Below are positions 1 through 7,977 of a stretch of 24,532 nucleotides of DNA, in pieces. The notes beneath the pieces are model-generated. The model had not been told where the DNA came from, did no database searches, and saw only the letters and a list, made by a program, of their open reading frames with translations. Source of the DNA: a virus (lineage: Duplodnaviria > Caudoviricetes); IMG/VR virus record IMGVR_UViG_3300031519_000209, positions 1 to 24,532 of that record; one strand, 5' to 3'. Position numbers and translations under genes: made by a program. Position 1 is the first letter of the stretch. Each line of letters starts with the position of its first letter.

Positions 1-19
1 TTGTTTTATATATTGCCAT
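1..19 (-). CDS. Start of next gene (MAIYKT...), running off the window; by crAss-like gene order possibly the tail tubular/ring protein
   Basis: ATG at 19 after an A-rich leader, 12 nt downstream of the 97-aa ORF stop; only 6 codons visible, product inferred from synteny alone. Confidence 0.3.
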
Positions 20-31
20 TTTAATTTATTT

Positions 32-325
32 TTAATCTATGTTCTCTATACCCGGTTCTAAAAATCCTCCAGTTTGATATTTATTAGCTTTTTTATAACC
101 CGGTCTTTTATTTTCAGGTCTTTCAGATTTTATATCAAACCCTTTATATGCTTCTTTTTTTTCTACTTTCTTTTTAGGAGCTGCTTTCTTTTTAGTTTTA
201 GCATAGTCAGTAGTATACTTTTTACCTCTAAAAGTAAATACTCCGCCATCACCTCCATGTTTTTTTCTTTCAGATGCAAATTTTTTATTAAATGCAATTC
301 TTGTTTCTGATTGTTTTTTAGCCAT
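32..325 (-). CDS. Small Lys-rich basic protein, possible DNA-binding or internal virion protein
   Basis: 97 aa, very Lys-rich; F..RK..G....FTFRGKKYTT motif and C-terminal KYQTGG; A-rich start context. Confidence 0.65.
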   Translation of the reverse strand: MAKKQSETRIAFNKKFASERKKHGGDGGVFTFRGKKYTTDYAKTKKKAAPKKKVEKKEAYKGFDIKSERPENKRPGYKKANKYQTGGFLEPGIENID

Positions 326-337
326 AATTAATATTTT

Positions 338-811
338 TTAATGTTTTTTAAATTTTAAATAAGCTAAATCATCTTCTTTTAAAAGATTTATTAGCTTTTC
401 TTTGTTTCCTTTAATACCTCTTGTAGCATCGAATCTATATACAGATTTATTTTTTACCTTACACTTACCTTTGTTCCAGTAATATTTACAATAAAAACTA
501 TCTGTATGATATATATGCCATTTAACACCCTTCCCAGTAATGTTATCGTATAAATCTTGATCTTCTTCTAGGAGCTCTTTTTTATATTTATTACTCTCTC
601 CCCAATCTATTCTAGGTGATCTTGGATCTCTTTCTCTTCGTATAATAGATAATGAAGATAAGTTGTTACCCATATTAAAATCTTTACCGTCTAAAATATA
701 ATCTAAAATTAACATATTAAATTCATGACATATAGCTGTAAATAAAGATTTATTAATCTCTTCGTAGTAATTTTCATATGAAGCATGTATGTCTTTAAAT
801 GTAAAATTCAT
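338..811 (-). CDS. crAss-type IHF/HU-like protein
   Basis: 157 aa; helix-helix followed by ILDGKDFNMGNNLSSLSI (IHF/HU-like strand pattern), then IDWGES...WHIYHT...YYWNK; position next to ring genes as in crAss-like phages. Confidence 0.7.
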   Translation of the reverse strand: MNFTFKDIHASYENYYEEINKSLFTAICHEFNMLILDYILDGKDFNMGNNLSSLSIIRRERDPRSPRIDWGESNKYKKELLEEDQDLYDNITGKGVKWHIYHTDSFYCKYYWNKGKCKVKNKSVYRFDATRGIKGNKEKLINLLKEDDLAYLKFKKH

Positions 812-816
812 AATTA

Positions 817-1503
817 TTATTTAGCTGGTGGAGCAGTGTTTCCATCCTGCATTCTATCGTTTTCAGTATCACTTGTAGTTCCTGCTAACATTTTTAATTC
901 TCCTGCTAAAATACCAGAATTAATTTGACTAAGCATGTCTAAGGGAATTGGAAATTCAGCAGTGTCATCATAACAACCTACACCTGCGCAATCTCCAAAT
1001 TTTGATACGTCTTCAGGATCTTCAAAAACTCCTCGTATATTTATATACTCTAATCCTTCTGCATTGTAAATGTACAAAAAATCTTCAATCATATAAGCTT
1101 TCATTTTCTTTTTAGTATATTTATCATAAGATAGAAATTTTAATGTATTAGAATTAATCATAGGTATTGTTCCAAATCCTGTTACATCTCCTACATGCGT
1201 AATAGCTTCTTGAAAATTAAATCTAACTGTTTTAGGAATAGGCTGCTGAGTTTTATATACTATACACTCTACAGGTAGATTGCAGCATTTACTTGCATCT
1301 ACAATTTCTAATTTTATACATCCTAGATCTTGTTCTATATGTCTACTAACAAATCCATTACGCGAATAATCTCTTCTAATAAACATAGCTCTGTAATGTT
1401 TAATATTAAATTTTAATTGATCTAAAGATATATGTTCATCGTGATTAGATCTTCCTCCCCTAACTAGGTTTAGTAAATTGTAAGCTATTTCGTGTAATGT
1501 CAT
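817..1503 (-). CDS. crAss-like tail ring (tube) structural protein
   Basis: 228 aa; MTLHEIAY..., QDLGCIKLEIVD, PIP, YLYIY-like, IRGVFEDPEDV and FPIP motifs recalled from crAss-like ring proteins. Confidence 0.65.
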   Translation of the reverse strand: MTLHEIAYNLLNLVRGGRSNHDEHISLDQLKFNIKHYRAMFIRRDYSRNGFVSRHIEQDLGCIKLEIVDASKCCNLPVECIVYKTQQPIPKTVRFNFQEAITHVGDVTGFGTIPMINSNTLKFLSYDKYTKKKMKAYMIEDFLYIYNAEGLEYINIRGVFEDPEDVSKFGDCAGVGCYDDTAEFPIPLDMLSQINSGILAGELKMLAGTTSDTENDRMQDGNTAPPAK

Positions 1504-1506
1504 TTT

Positions 1507-1899
1507 TTATTTTTTTACTTTTTCTAAGGATCTACCACCAAAGTAAGCACCTATTACAGTAATTAAAACTAATTGTAATAAGTCAACCCATGAAGATTTA
1601 ACCTCAAACTGGATAATTCCAGCATCTATAAATATTAATAAAACCGTAGATACAACTAAAAATATTAAAACTAATGGTCTTATATTTTTAGATAACCATG
1701 AATCAGATTGCATATCCATCTTCCAACGTTCAGTTACTTGTTTTTGCATTTCTGCTTCATACCCCATTACTAGGTCTTTAATTTTTGCTTCAGCTTCCAG
1801 CTTTTCTTCTTTTGATGTATGTAAATTATCTATAACTCCTCCTACACTTTTTACTAGTTTAGCTGCTCCTCCTGATAATAAATTTGTTAATATGCTCAT
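1507..1899 (-). CDS. Holin of the 3TM / gene-transfer-agent holin type
   Basis: 130 aa; TSKEEKL, RWKMDMQSDSWLSKNIRPL, two C-terminal hydrophobic segments and GAYFGGRSLEK ending. Confidence 0.85.
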   Translation of the reverse strand: MSILTNLLSGGAAKLVKSVGGVIDNLHTSKEEKLEAEAKIKDLVMGYEAEMQKQVTERWKMDMQSDSWLSKNIRPLVLIFLVVSTVLLIFIDAGIIQFEVKSSWVDLLQLVLITVIGAYFGGRSLEKVKK

Positions 1900-1914
1900 A
1901 ATTATTTGTTTTAG

Positions 1915-2364
1915 TTATCTGTATATATTTCCTAACTCTGAATCGTCATTTGTACTATTGTTTGATGTACCTGCAGTAGGATTAATATTAATTTTTTTTG
2001 AATTAGGCTCTCCTTTGGATTTTATTATTAAATCTACATTACTATCCGGATCACTTAATTTTACAGCTAAAGAATAGTTTATAGAATCATAAGAAGATAA
2101 ATCGTTCGAGTCTAAAGTTAAAGTATTTCCTTTTTCAATAGTTACATTTTTCATAAAGTAATAAACAGTTTTAACATATTGATCATCCCAATTATTAGGA
2201 TTATAAGTACTAGGTAACGAACTTTCCCAAAAATAAATATCTACATAAACAACATTTGTATCATGCTTATTTGCAATCACAATAGATTCTAAATTATTCA
2301 AAGTATCTTTATCTCTTAAAGTAGTCTCTTCATTTCCTGTTATATTTATATACTCTGTATTCAC
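1915..2364 (-). CDS. Hypothetical beta-rich protein, probably virion-associated
   Basis: 149 aa; GTG start overlapping the upstream TAG (TAGTG); SIVIANKH...VYVDIY...YYFMKNVTIEKGNTLTL suggests a small beta-sandwich. Confidence 0.55.
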   Translation of the reverse strand: MNTEYINITGNEETTLRDKDTLNNLESIVIANKHDTNVVYVDIYFWESSLPSTYNPNNWDDQYVKTVYYFMKNVTIEKGNTLTLDSNDLSSYDSINYSLAVKLSDPDSNVDLIIKSKGEPNSKKININPTAGTSNNSTNDDSELGNIYR

Positions 2365-2831
2365 TAGCTTAATGTTAACGATGTTGATTTAGTACCAAAG
2401 CCCTCAATGTCTTTATTAGTAACGTTAATTGTTAATGTATAAGTACCTCTACTACTAGTAACTGCTAGTGTTGCCCCATAACCTTCTGTTATTGCTAATG
2501 AACCATTTGCTCCTGCAGCTCCAGCTGCTCCACGTGCCCCAGCTGGTCCGCGTGCTCCAGTTGATCCAGTATCTCCAGTATCTCCAGTATCACCCTTCTG
2601 ACCATCAGTTCCAGATCCTCTATTTGTATTAGCTGATATAGCAGTTTTTAAAGTATCAATATCCAGATCATTATCGTTATGTTGGAAATCATCAACCTGT
2701 GCCCTTAGTGTTTGTAACGCACTAATAATTGGGTCATCAGATAAATCTGTATCATCTAGTACATCCTTACCAGGCGACTTGCCTGATTCTGCCATTTTAG
2801 CGGCCATTGTTTTTATTACTCTTCTTGCCAT
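2364..2831 (-). CDS. Collagen-like (Gly-X-Y) fibre protein
   Basis: 155 aa; short coiled coil, then about 13 G-X-Y triplets (GSGTDGQKGDTGDTGDTGSTGARGPAGARGAAGAAGANG), then a small beta C-terminus. Confidence 0.8.
   Translation of the reverse strand: MARRVIKTMAAKMAESGKSPGKDVLDDTDLSDDPIISALQTLRAQVDDFQHNDNDLDIDTLKTAISANTNRGSGTDGQKGDTGDTGDTGSTGARGPAGARGAAGAAGANGSLAITEGYGATLAVTSSRGTYTLTINVTNKDIEGFGTKSTSLTLS
2565..2591 (+). repeat. Perfect 9-bp tandem repeat x3 (tccagtatc) inside the collagen tract
   Basis: tccagtatc-tccagtatc-tccagtatc read directly; encodes DTG DTG DTG on the minus strand. Confidence 0.9.
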
Positions 2832-2832
2832 A

Positions 2833-3366
2833 TTATGCTGTTGTTCCTGTTAATGTAAAATTAAACCTTGGTTTTTGTCCGTTACCAGTATCTGTCTTAC
2901 CAAAACCTACTATTATTAAATCTCCTGCCGATGCAGCCGTTGATCCAGTTGCGTCAAGCGTAGTCATTCTACCGTTTATGGTTGATACTGTTGCTGAGGC
3001 TATTAGTGTTAGTGCTAAATTAGTTGTACTAACAGCTGTTGCTCTAGCCATTTTATACACTCGAACTTGCATCGTTCCATTAGCAGCGTTCATTCTAACT
3101 TGACTCTTTATTGAAATTTGAGAAACGTCAACCGGGCATATTATACCACAATGTTGATCATTTTGATTTAACACAGGTGCATCGACATCTACAAGGTTTG
3201 TTGCGTAATCCCTAGCATCATTCCAACCGTAGTTATTACTACCAATATACAACTTGTCAGTTCCATCATCTGCAAATTGAGCTGCTGTTCTATTTATATA
3301 TCCAGAAGAAGAACCTAAGTAAATAGGTACTCCTTGTATAGAACTTAGGTATCTTACTTTACTCAT
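2833..3366 (-). CDS. Putative fibre-tip / beta-sandwich virion protein
   Basis: 177 aa directly downstream of the long fibre; C-terminal GIICPVD...VRVYK...ASAGDLIIVGF...FTLT pattern typical of fibre head domains. Confidence 0.55.
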   Translation of the reverse strand: MSKVRYLSSIQGVPIYLGSSSGYINRTAAQFADDGTDKLYIGSNNYGWNDARDYATNLVDVDAPVLNQNDQHCGIICPVDVSQISIKSQVRMNAANGTMQVRVYKMARATAVSTTNLALTLIASATVSTINGRMTTLDATGSTAASAGDLIIVGFGKTDTGNGQKPRFNFTLTGTTA

Positions 3367-3369
3367 TTA

Positions 3370-6009
3370 TTAATCTACTTTAGTTACTAAAATTATAACG
3401 TCACCAGCCGAAGGAGCCACGTTAAATGTCACTACAACTCTAGCGGCTGTTGATCTAACCACTTGTGCCATAACCGTTTCATAAGAACTAGCGTCATACA
3501 TTTGAACATTAACATCTCTTGTGTTTAAACCGTGATCTACGTTAATTGATGTAGCACCTCCAATTGCAGCTCTATAACTTCTTGCAGCTAAACCAGCAGC
3601 TGTAACTGCTCTTGTAGTATCAGAACCAGCTAATGCTTCTGCTGTTGTTGCTAATTCTACAACACCTGGATTTGTAGCACTTGCAGTTTCAGCAGTTACT
3701 GTTACAGCGCCAACTCCAGAGTTATTTACATCTATACCGGCACCAGCAACTATTGAGGTTACTTTTGCAGCAGTCTTGCTTGTTCCTATTTCTGTTGCAT
3801 TCCATACACCAGTTCCAATCGTCCCAACCGAAGTTAAAGAAGAAGTTACAACTGTAGATTTAAGAGTGTTACCAGATAATGTTCCAGCAGCAGCAGTTAC
3901 AGTGATTGCCGATGTACCATCGAAACCAACACCGTTAATAGCTCTTTCTGTCGCTAAAGCAGTAGCTGTTGCAGCTAAACCAGTACATGATCCAGAAGAT
4001 CCTGACACTGTTGTTTGATCACCAGTGTTGTTTCCTGATATAGAAGCGTTTGATAAAGCAGCGCTTAATTGAGCAACAGTGAACGAACCTAATACTGTTC
4101 CTCTATTTGTAGATGTTATATGACCTGTTAAATTACCTATGCTTGTTACAGTACCAGCGGAACCAGACGTGTTACCAGTTACATTACCAGCTAAATTACC
4201 AGTAAACCCACCAACAGCTTTTATATTACCAGCTGTTATACCCGCTAAAGCATAACCAGTACCAGAAGTGTTAACCGTTGTACCAGGTTCAGCTTGTAAA
4301 CTATCAAAGAAAGTAAACGGATCACCAGTTGCACTTCCATCTCTAAATACACCAGCATATTTGTGAGTTCCACTAACACCATACTGACCGTAGAAACCAA
4401 AGTCTAAAGCATCAGCTGTATTTGCTTGATCTTTAGCTAGCTTTAACATACTATCAGCTATTGCAACTGTAGTAGAATCAATAGTTGTTGTTGTTCCATC
4501 AATATTTAAGTTACCTGAAACAGATAGGTTACCAGTAACCGTTGTAGCTCCTTCTAACTGAATATCAGTAGCAGCGTCTAAAGTAATTGTAGTAGCTGTA
4601 ACTTCTATGTCATTTAGGGTTGGAGAACCTATCATTGATGTCCCTTCAGGGTTGAATCTAAGCTCCTGGTTACCAAGAATCTGCACGTGTGTATTGAATG
4701 CTTTAGCACCACCAATTGTCTGTGTACCTGTTGTTTGAACGAAACCGCTTAGATTTGTATGACCAGTACCACCGTTACCCACAGCTAAAGTTCCTGTTAC
4801 ACCGGGTGAAACTGCAGCAGTTCCATTAAAGTTAACGGCAGATGTACTAGCAAGATTAGTTTGGATTGCCCTTGTAGTTGCTAACGCCGTAGCTGTTCCT
4901 GCTAGCCCAGATGTATTTTGATTTAAAGTTGGTATTGCTGCCCAAGTTAAACCACCTGTATTACCAGATTGTGCTGTTAAATAATACCCATTAGTTGGAG
5001 TGTTAGACACTTTAAGATTAGCTTCGTCTACAACATTACTAGCTATAGTTAAAGCACCACTTCCCGTTACTTCACCAGAGTGAGTAGCATTCGTACTTTT
5101 TGCAGTGTTCAAGACTACTGCATCGAATATACCAGTAGACATAACACCAGAGACAGATGTTGTTGCTACAGGTATAGTAGCGTTTGTTCCGTCTGAAGAT
5201 GCTATCACTCTAGAAGTAGTACTACTAGCAACAGATAGATTAGTTGCTACGTTTGTAACCTTTGCAGTGTTAGCATCTATCTCAGCTAATAATGTATTGG
5301 CTAATTTTGCTTCAGTAATTTGGTCATCACCTATGTATGCGGTTTTTATTGTTGTTCCTTGCCAGACTCCACTACTAATAGTTCCTACTTCTGTAATATC
5401 TAAAGCATTTATATCGGCTTTAGATTGATCGGAATTTGTAACTTTAGCGGTATTAGCATCTATCTCATCAAATAACGCAGGAGATAAAAGACCTGAAACA
5501 CTTGTTGTTGCTAAAGGTATAACAGCATTGTTACCGTCAGAAGATGTTATTGTCCTAGCAGCAGCAGAACCCGTAATACCTAGATTAGTAGTTACATTAG
5601 TATTCTTAGCAGTATTAGCTGCTATTGCAGAATTAATAGCATTAGCTAATTTGTCTGCTGTTACAGCATCATCTGCTAGTTGAGTTGTATCAACCCCACC
5701 AGCTGTAATTGCTATATCATTAGCGTTAGCAGTTATACCAGTTCCACCAATAACGTTTAGAGTTGCATCTCCACTTGATGCACCACCAGTCATACCAGCA
5801 CCTGCTACTACAGATTCTATATCACCTGCTCCTGTTGCTCCTAATCTAACCCAAGCTCCGTTCCATACGTTTAAATCATCTGTATCTGTATCGTAGTATA
5901 TTTGCCCTAACACCGGGTTGCTAGGTGCAGTACTTAAGTTTTGTATTCTAGCGTTGTTTAAAGCGTTTTTGTTAAGATCTATATCCGCTAAATATTTTAA
6001 TGTTGCCAT
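3370..6009 (-). CDS. Long tail fibre protein
   Basis: 879 aa, Ala/Gly/Thr/Ser-rich; [17 protein letters not shown] knob motif, [18 protein letters not shown] fibre motif, [14 protein letters not shown] motif, internal duplications, C-terminal HGLNTRDV domain. Confidence 0.85.
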   Translation of the reverse strand: MATLKYLADIDLNKNALNNARIQNLSTAPSNPVLGQIYYDTDTDDLNVWNGAWVRLGATGAGDIESVVAGAGMTGGASSGDATLNVIGGTGITANANDIAITAGGVDTTQLADDAVTADKLANAINSAIAANTAKNTNVTTNLGITGSAAARTITSSDGNNAVIPLATTSVSGLLSPALFDEIDANTAKVTNSDQSKADINALDITEVGTISSGVWQGTTIKTAYIGDDQITEAKLANTLLAEIDANTAKVTNVATNLSVASSTTSRVIASSDGTNATIPVATTSVSGVMSTGIFDAVVLNTAKSTNATHSGEVTGSGALTIASNVVDEANLKVSNTPTNGYYLTAQSGNTGGLTWAAIPTLNQNTSGLAGTATALATTRAIQTNLASTSAVNFNGTAAVSPGVTGTLAVGNGGTGHTNLSGFVQTTGTQTIGGAKAFNTHVQILGNQELRFNPEGTSMIGSPTLNDIEVTATTITLDAATDIQLEGATTVTGNLSVSGNLNIDGTTTTIDSTTVAIADSMLKLAKDQANTADALDFGFYGQYGVSGTHKYAGVFRDGSATGDPFTFFDSLQAEPGTTVNTSGTGYALAGITAGNIKAVGGFTGNLAGNVTGNTSGSAGTVTSIGNLTGHITSTNRGTVLGSFTVAQLSAALSNASISGNNTGDQTTVSGSSGSCTGLAATATALATERAINGVGFDGTSAITVTAAAGTLSGNTLKSTVVTSSLTSVGTIGTGVWNATEIGTSKTAAKVTSIVAGAGIDVNNSGVGAVTVTAETASATNPGVVELATTAEALAGSDTTRAVTAAGLAARSYRAAIGGATSINVDHGLNTRDVNVQMYDASSYETVMAQVVRSTAARVVVTFNVAPSAGDVIILVTKVD

Positions 6010-6034
6010 ATTTTTTTATTTTTTATTTTTGTTA

Positions 6035-6280
6035 TTAATTAAAGTAAGCCTTACCTGCAAAACCACTTTGAAATGTTAAGGTTATTTGATTTAAACTGTT
6101 ATATGTTATTTGTCCTATAACTACAGTTCCAGCTGTATCCACAACAGCTGCCGAGCAATACTTATTAAGATTATGTGTTACTGTCCATGTAGATGAAGCT
6201 TGACCTTGATCATGTACAAAGTTTGCATCACCTGTGTAGACATTATTTACTGTTTGAGATGGTTTTAAAAATTTAGCCAT
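6035..6280 (-). CDS. Small fibre-associated beta protein (HNL domain)
   Basis: 81 aa; WTVTHNLNKYCSAAVVD...ITLTF...GKAYFN, resembling the C-terminus of the adjacent fibre; start overlaps the endolysin stop (TAATG). Confidence 0.7.
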   Translation of the reverse strand: MAKFLKPSQTVNNVYTGDANFVHDQGQASSTWTVTHNLNKYCSAAVVDTAGTVVIGQITYNSLNQITLTFQSGFAGKAYFN

Positions 6281-6738
6281 TATATTATTTTATACTTTGT
6301 TTTACCATCTTTTTTATATGCTTTTAAGCATCTATTTCTATTTTGTACAGAGTCTACAAAACTTACATGTACCCAATTAGGATTGTTATCATCACCAAAC
6401 TCCCAGATCATTTGATCAAAGTTTAAGTTTTCTTTTATCCACGCGTACATTTCTGCGTTAGTTTTTTTACAATTAGTATCGTCTATATCTATAGCCTGAC
6501 CTTTACAATGTTGAGATGTAGTTGATCCGCCTATTGCTTTATTTAATTCTGGAGATCTAAAAAAACTATTAATTCTAATAGGACCTCCAACCCATTCTCT
6601 TAAAGGTTCAAATATATCTCTTGCAATCTCATGCATAGATTTTCTTTGATCTTCGTTTGGAATGTTATCTATTCCTTTACGAGTAGCTGTGACACTATAT
6701 ACAGCTTCTCTGTTAGATATATGTTCGCTTATTTTCAT
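6280..6738 (-). CDS. Peptidase M15 (zinc D-Ala-D-Ala peptidase fold), putative endolysin
   Basis: 152 aa; SFFRSPELNKAIGG, SQHCKGQAID (SxHxxGxAxD) and WVHVS zinc-ligand motifs. Confidence 0.9.
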   Translation of the reverse strand: MKISEHISNREAVYSVTATRKGIDNIPNEDQRKSMHEIARDIFEPLREWVGGPIRINSFFRSPELNKAIGGSTTSQHCKGQAIDIDDTNCKKTNAEMYAWIKENLNFDQMIWEFGDDNNPNWVHVSFVDSVQNRNRCLKAYKKDGKTKYKII

Positions 6739-7101
6739 TTATCCTTTTTTCCAGTATGCATATTCTACATTACAAGTAGCTGTATCTGCTCTTAACTCTA
6801 ATCCTATTCCAGTGTGTACAGGAATAAAAACAGTTTCTCCTGCAGATAATTTACCCCATACTACACTTGCTGTAGTTTGAAGTATAACAAAGTTAGTCGG
6901 ATCTAAGTTTTTTACATAAACGTAAAAATCTCCAGATAAATCTGAATCTAATACTTCTTGGTTATCAGCAGTTGTAATAGCTACTCTTGTAAGACCTTGA
7001 TGAGGTATAGTAGTTATTAATGTATCTGATACAGATAGATTTAAATTATTGCTTGAAGAATTTGAACTTGTTAATGTTAATTTTTGTATTAATGTTGCCA
7101 T
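6739..7101 (-). CDS. Small beta-sandwich structural protein, paralogue of 7129..7971
   Basis: 120 aa; MATLxxKLTL start, YVYVKN, VFIP, VEY motifs shared with the neighbour. Confidence 0.65.
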   Translation of the reverse strand: MATLIQKLTLTSSNSSSNNLNLSVSDTLITTIPHQGLTRVAITTADNQEVLDSDLSGDFYVYVKNLDPTNFVILQTTASVVWGKLSAGETVFIPVHTGIGLELRADTATCNVEYAYWKKG

Positions 7102-7128
7102 TTTATTTAAGTTTATTTGTTATTATTT

Positions 7129-7971
7129 TTAAGATTCTGTACCTACTACCATAAATTCAACAACTGTACCAGAAGTGCTTGTATATGCTAATAAATTATT
7201 TTGAGGGTTTAAAGGTACATAAGCAAAATGGCTACCTCTTATTTCCATTATTTCTTCTGCTCCGTGATTATCGTAATATGCAAATATTCTATTGTTAGAA
7301 GCATGATAATCAGATGTATTTTTAATATAAACAAAAGCTGGTGATTCATATTCATTTTTATTAACTAAAGTTATATGATCTGAAGTACTGTTTGTAGACG
7401 CATGTAAATGACCGTAAGTAGAGTTAGCATTGTCTATTAAAAATGTAGCAGCTTCTCCTGCAACAGAATTAGTAAGAGTTGTAGATTGAACACCATCAGC
7501 TTCTGCAGCCACAGCTGAGCAAGTTATAGACCCATTATGACCATTAGCATGTGCAATAACAACTCTTAATTGTTCTAAAATATCTCTTTGCTGCTCTCCG
7601 TCTGCAATTTGAACGCATATACCTCCTATCAAATTTGAAGCAGGTGTAGATGTAGAACCAATATCAGTATTTGCAACTATTATAGTTCCGTCTGCTGCTC
7701 CGCTTGCTCCTGCGTCTGTAAATACATATCGTTTTTTTAAACCATGGTTGTCTGTAATATCTATGTATTGACCTTCCATAACTGTAACATCAGGCACATC
7801 TGCATCTCCATCTGTAATAAAAATTTGATTTGCTCTAGAAGTTGATGTTAATGTTTTTCTTTGTAAACCTGTAGTATTTGTAACTGTAGGAGTAGCTTGA
7901 ACTGAAAAACTTAAAGTATCACTAGTTAAAGCTGTGCTACTTAATGTTAATTTTGAAGTTAATGTTGCCAT
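7129..7971 (-). CDS. Structural protein, paralogue of 6739..7101 with a ~150-aa inserted domain
   Basis: 280 aa; N- and C-terminal parts align by eye with the 120-aa protein. Confidence 0.65.
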   Translation of the reverse strand: MATLTSKLTLSSTALTSDTLSFSVQATPTVTNTTGLQRKTLTSTSRANQIFITDGDADVPDVTVMEGQYIDITDNHGLKKRYVFTDAGASGAADGTIIVANTDIGSTSTPASNLIGGICVQIADGEQQRDILEQLRVVIAHANGHNGSITCSAVAAEADGVQSTTLTNSVAGEAATFLIDNANSTYGHLHASTNSTSDHITLVNKNEYESPAFVYIKNTSDYHASNNRIFAYYDNHGAEEIMEIRGSHFAYVPLNPQNNLLAYTSTSGTVVEFMVVGTES

Positions 7972-7977
7972 GTTATT

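Noticed and set aside
2361-2366. Single TAG stop as a sign of amber recoding or read-through
   Set aside because: It is followed immediately by an in-frame TGA, and no gene appears interrupted by TAG
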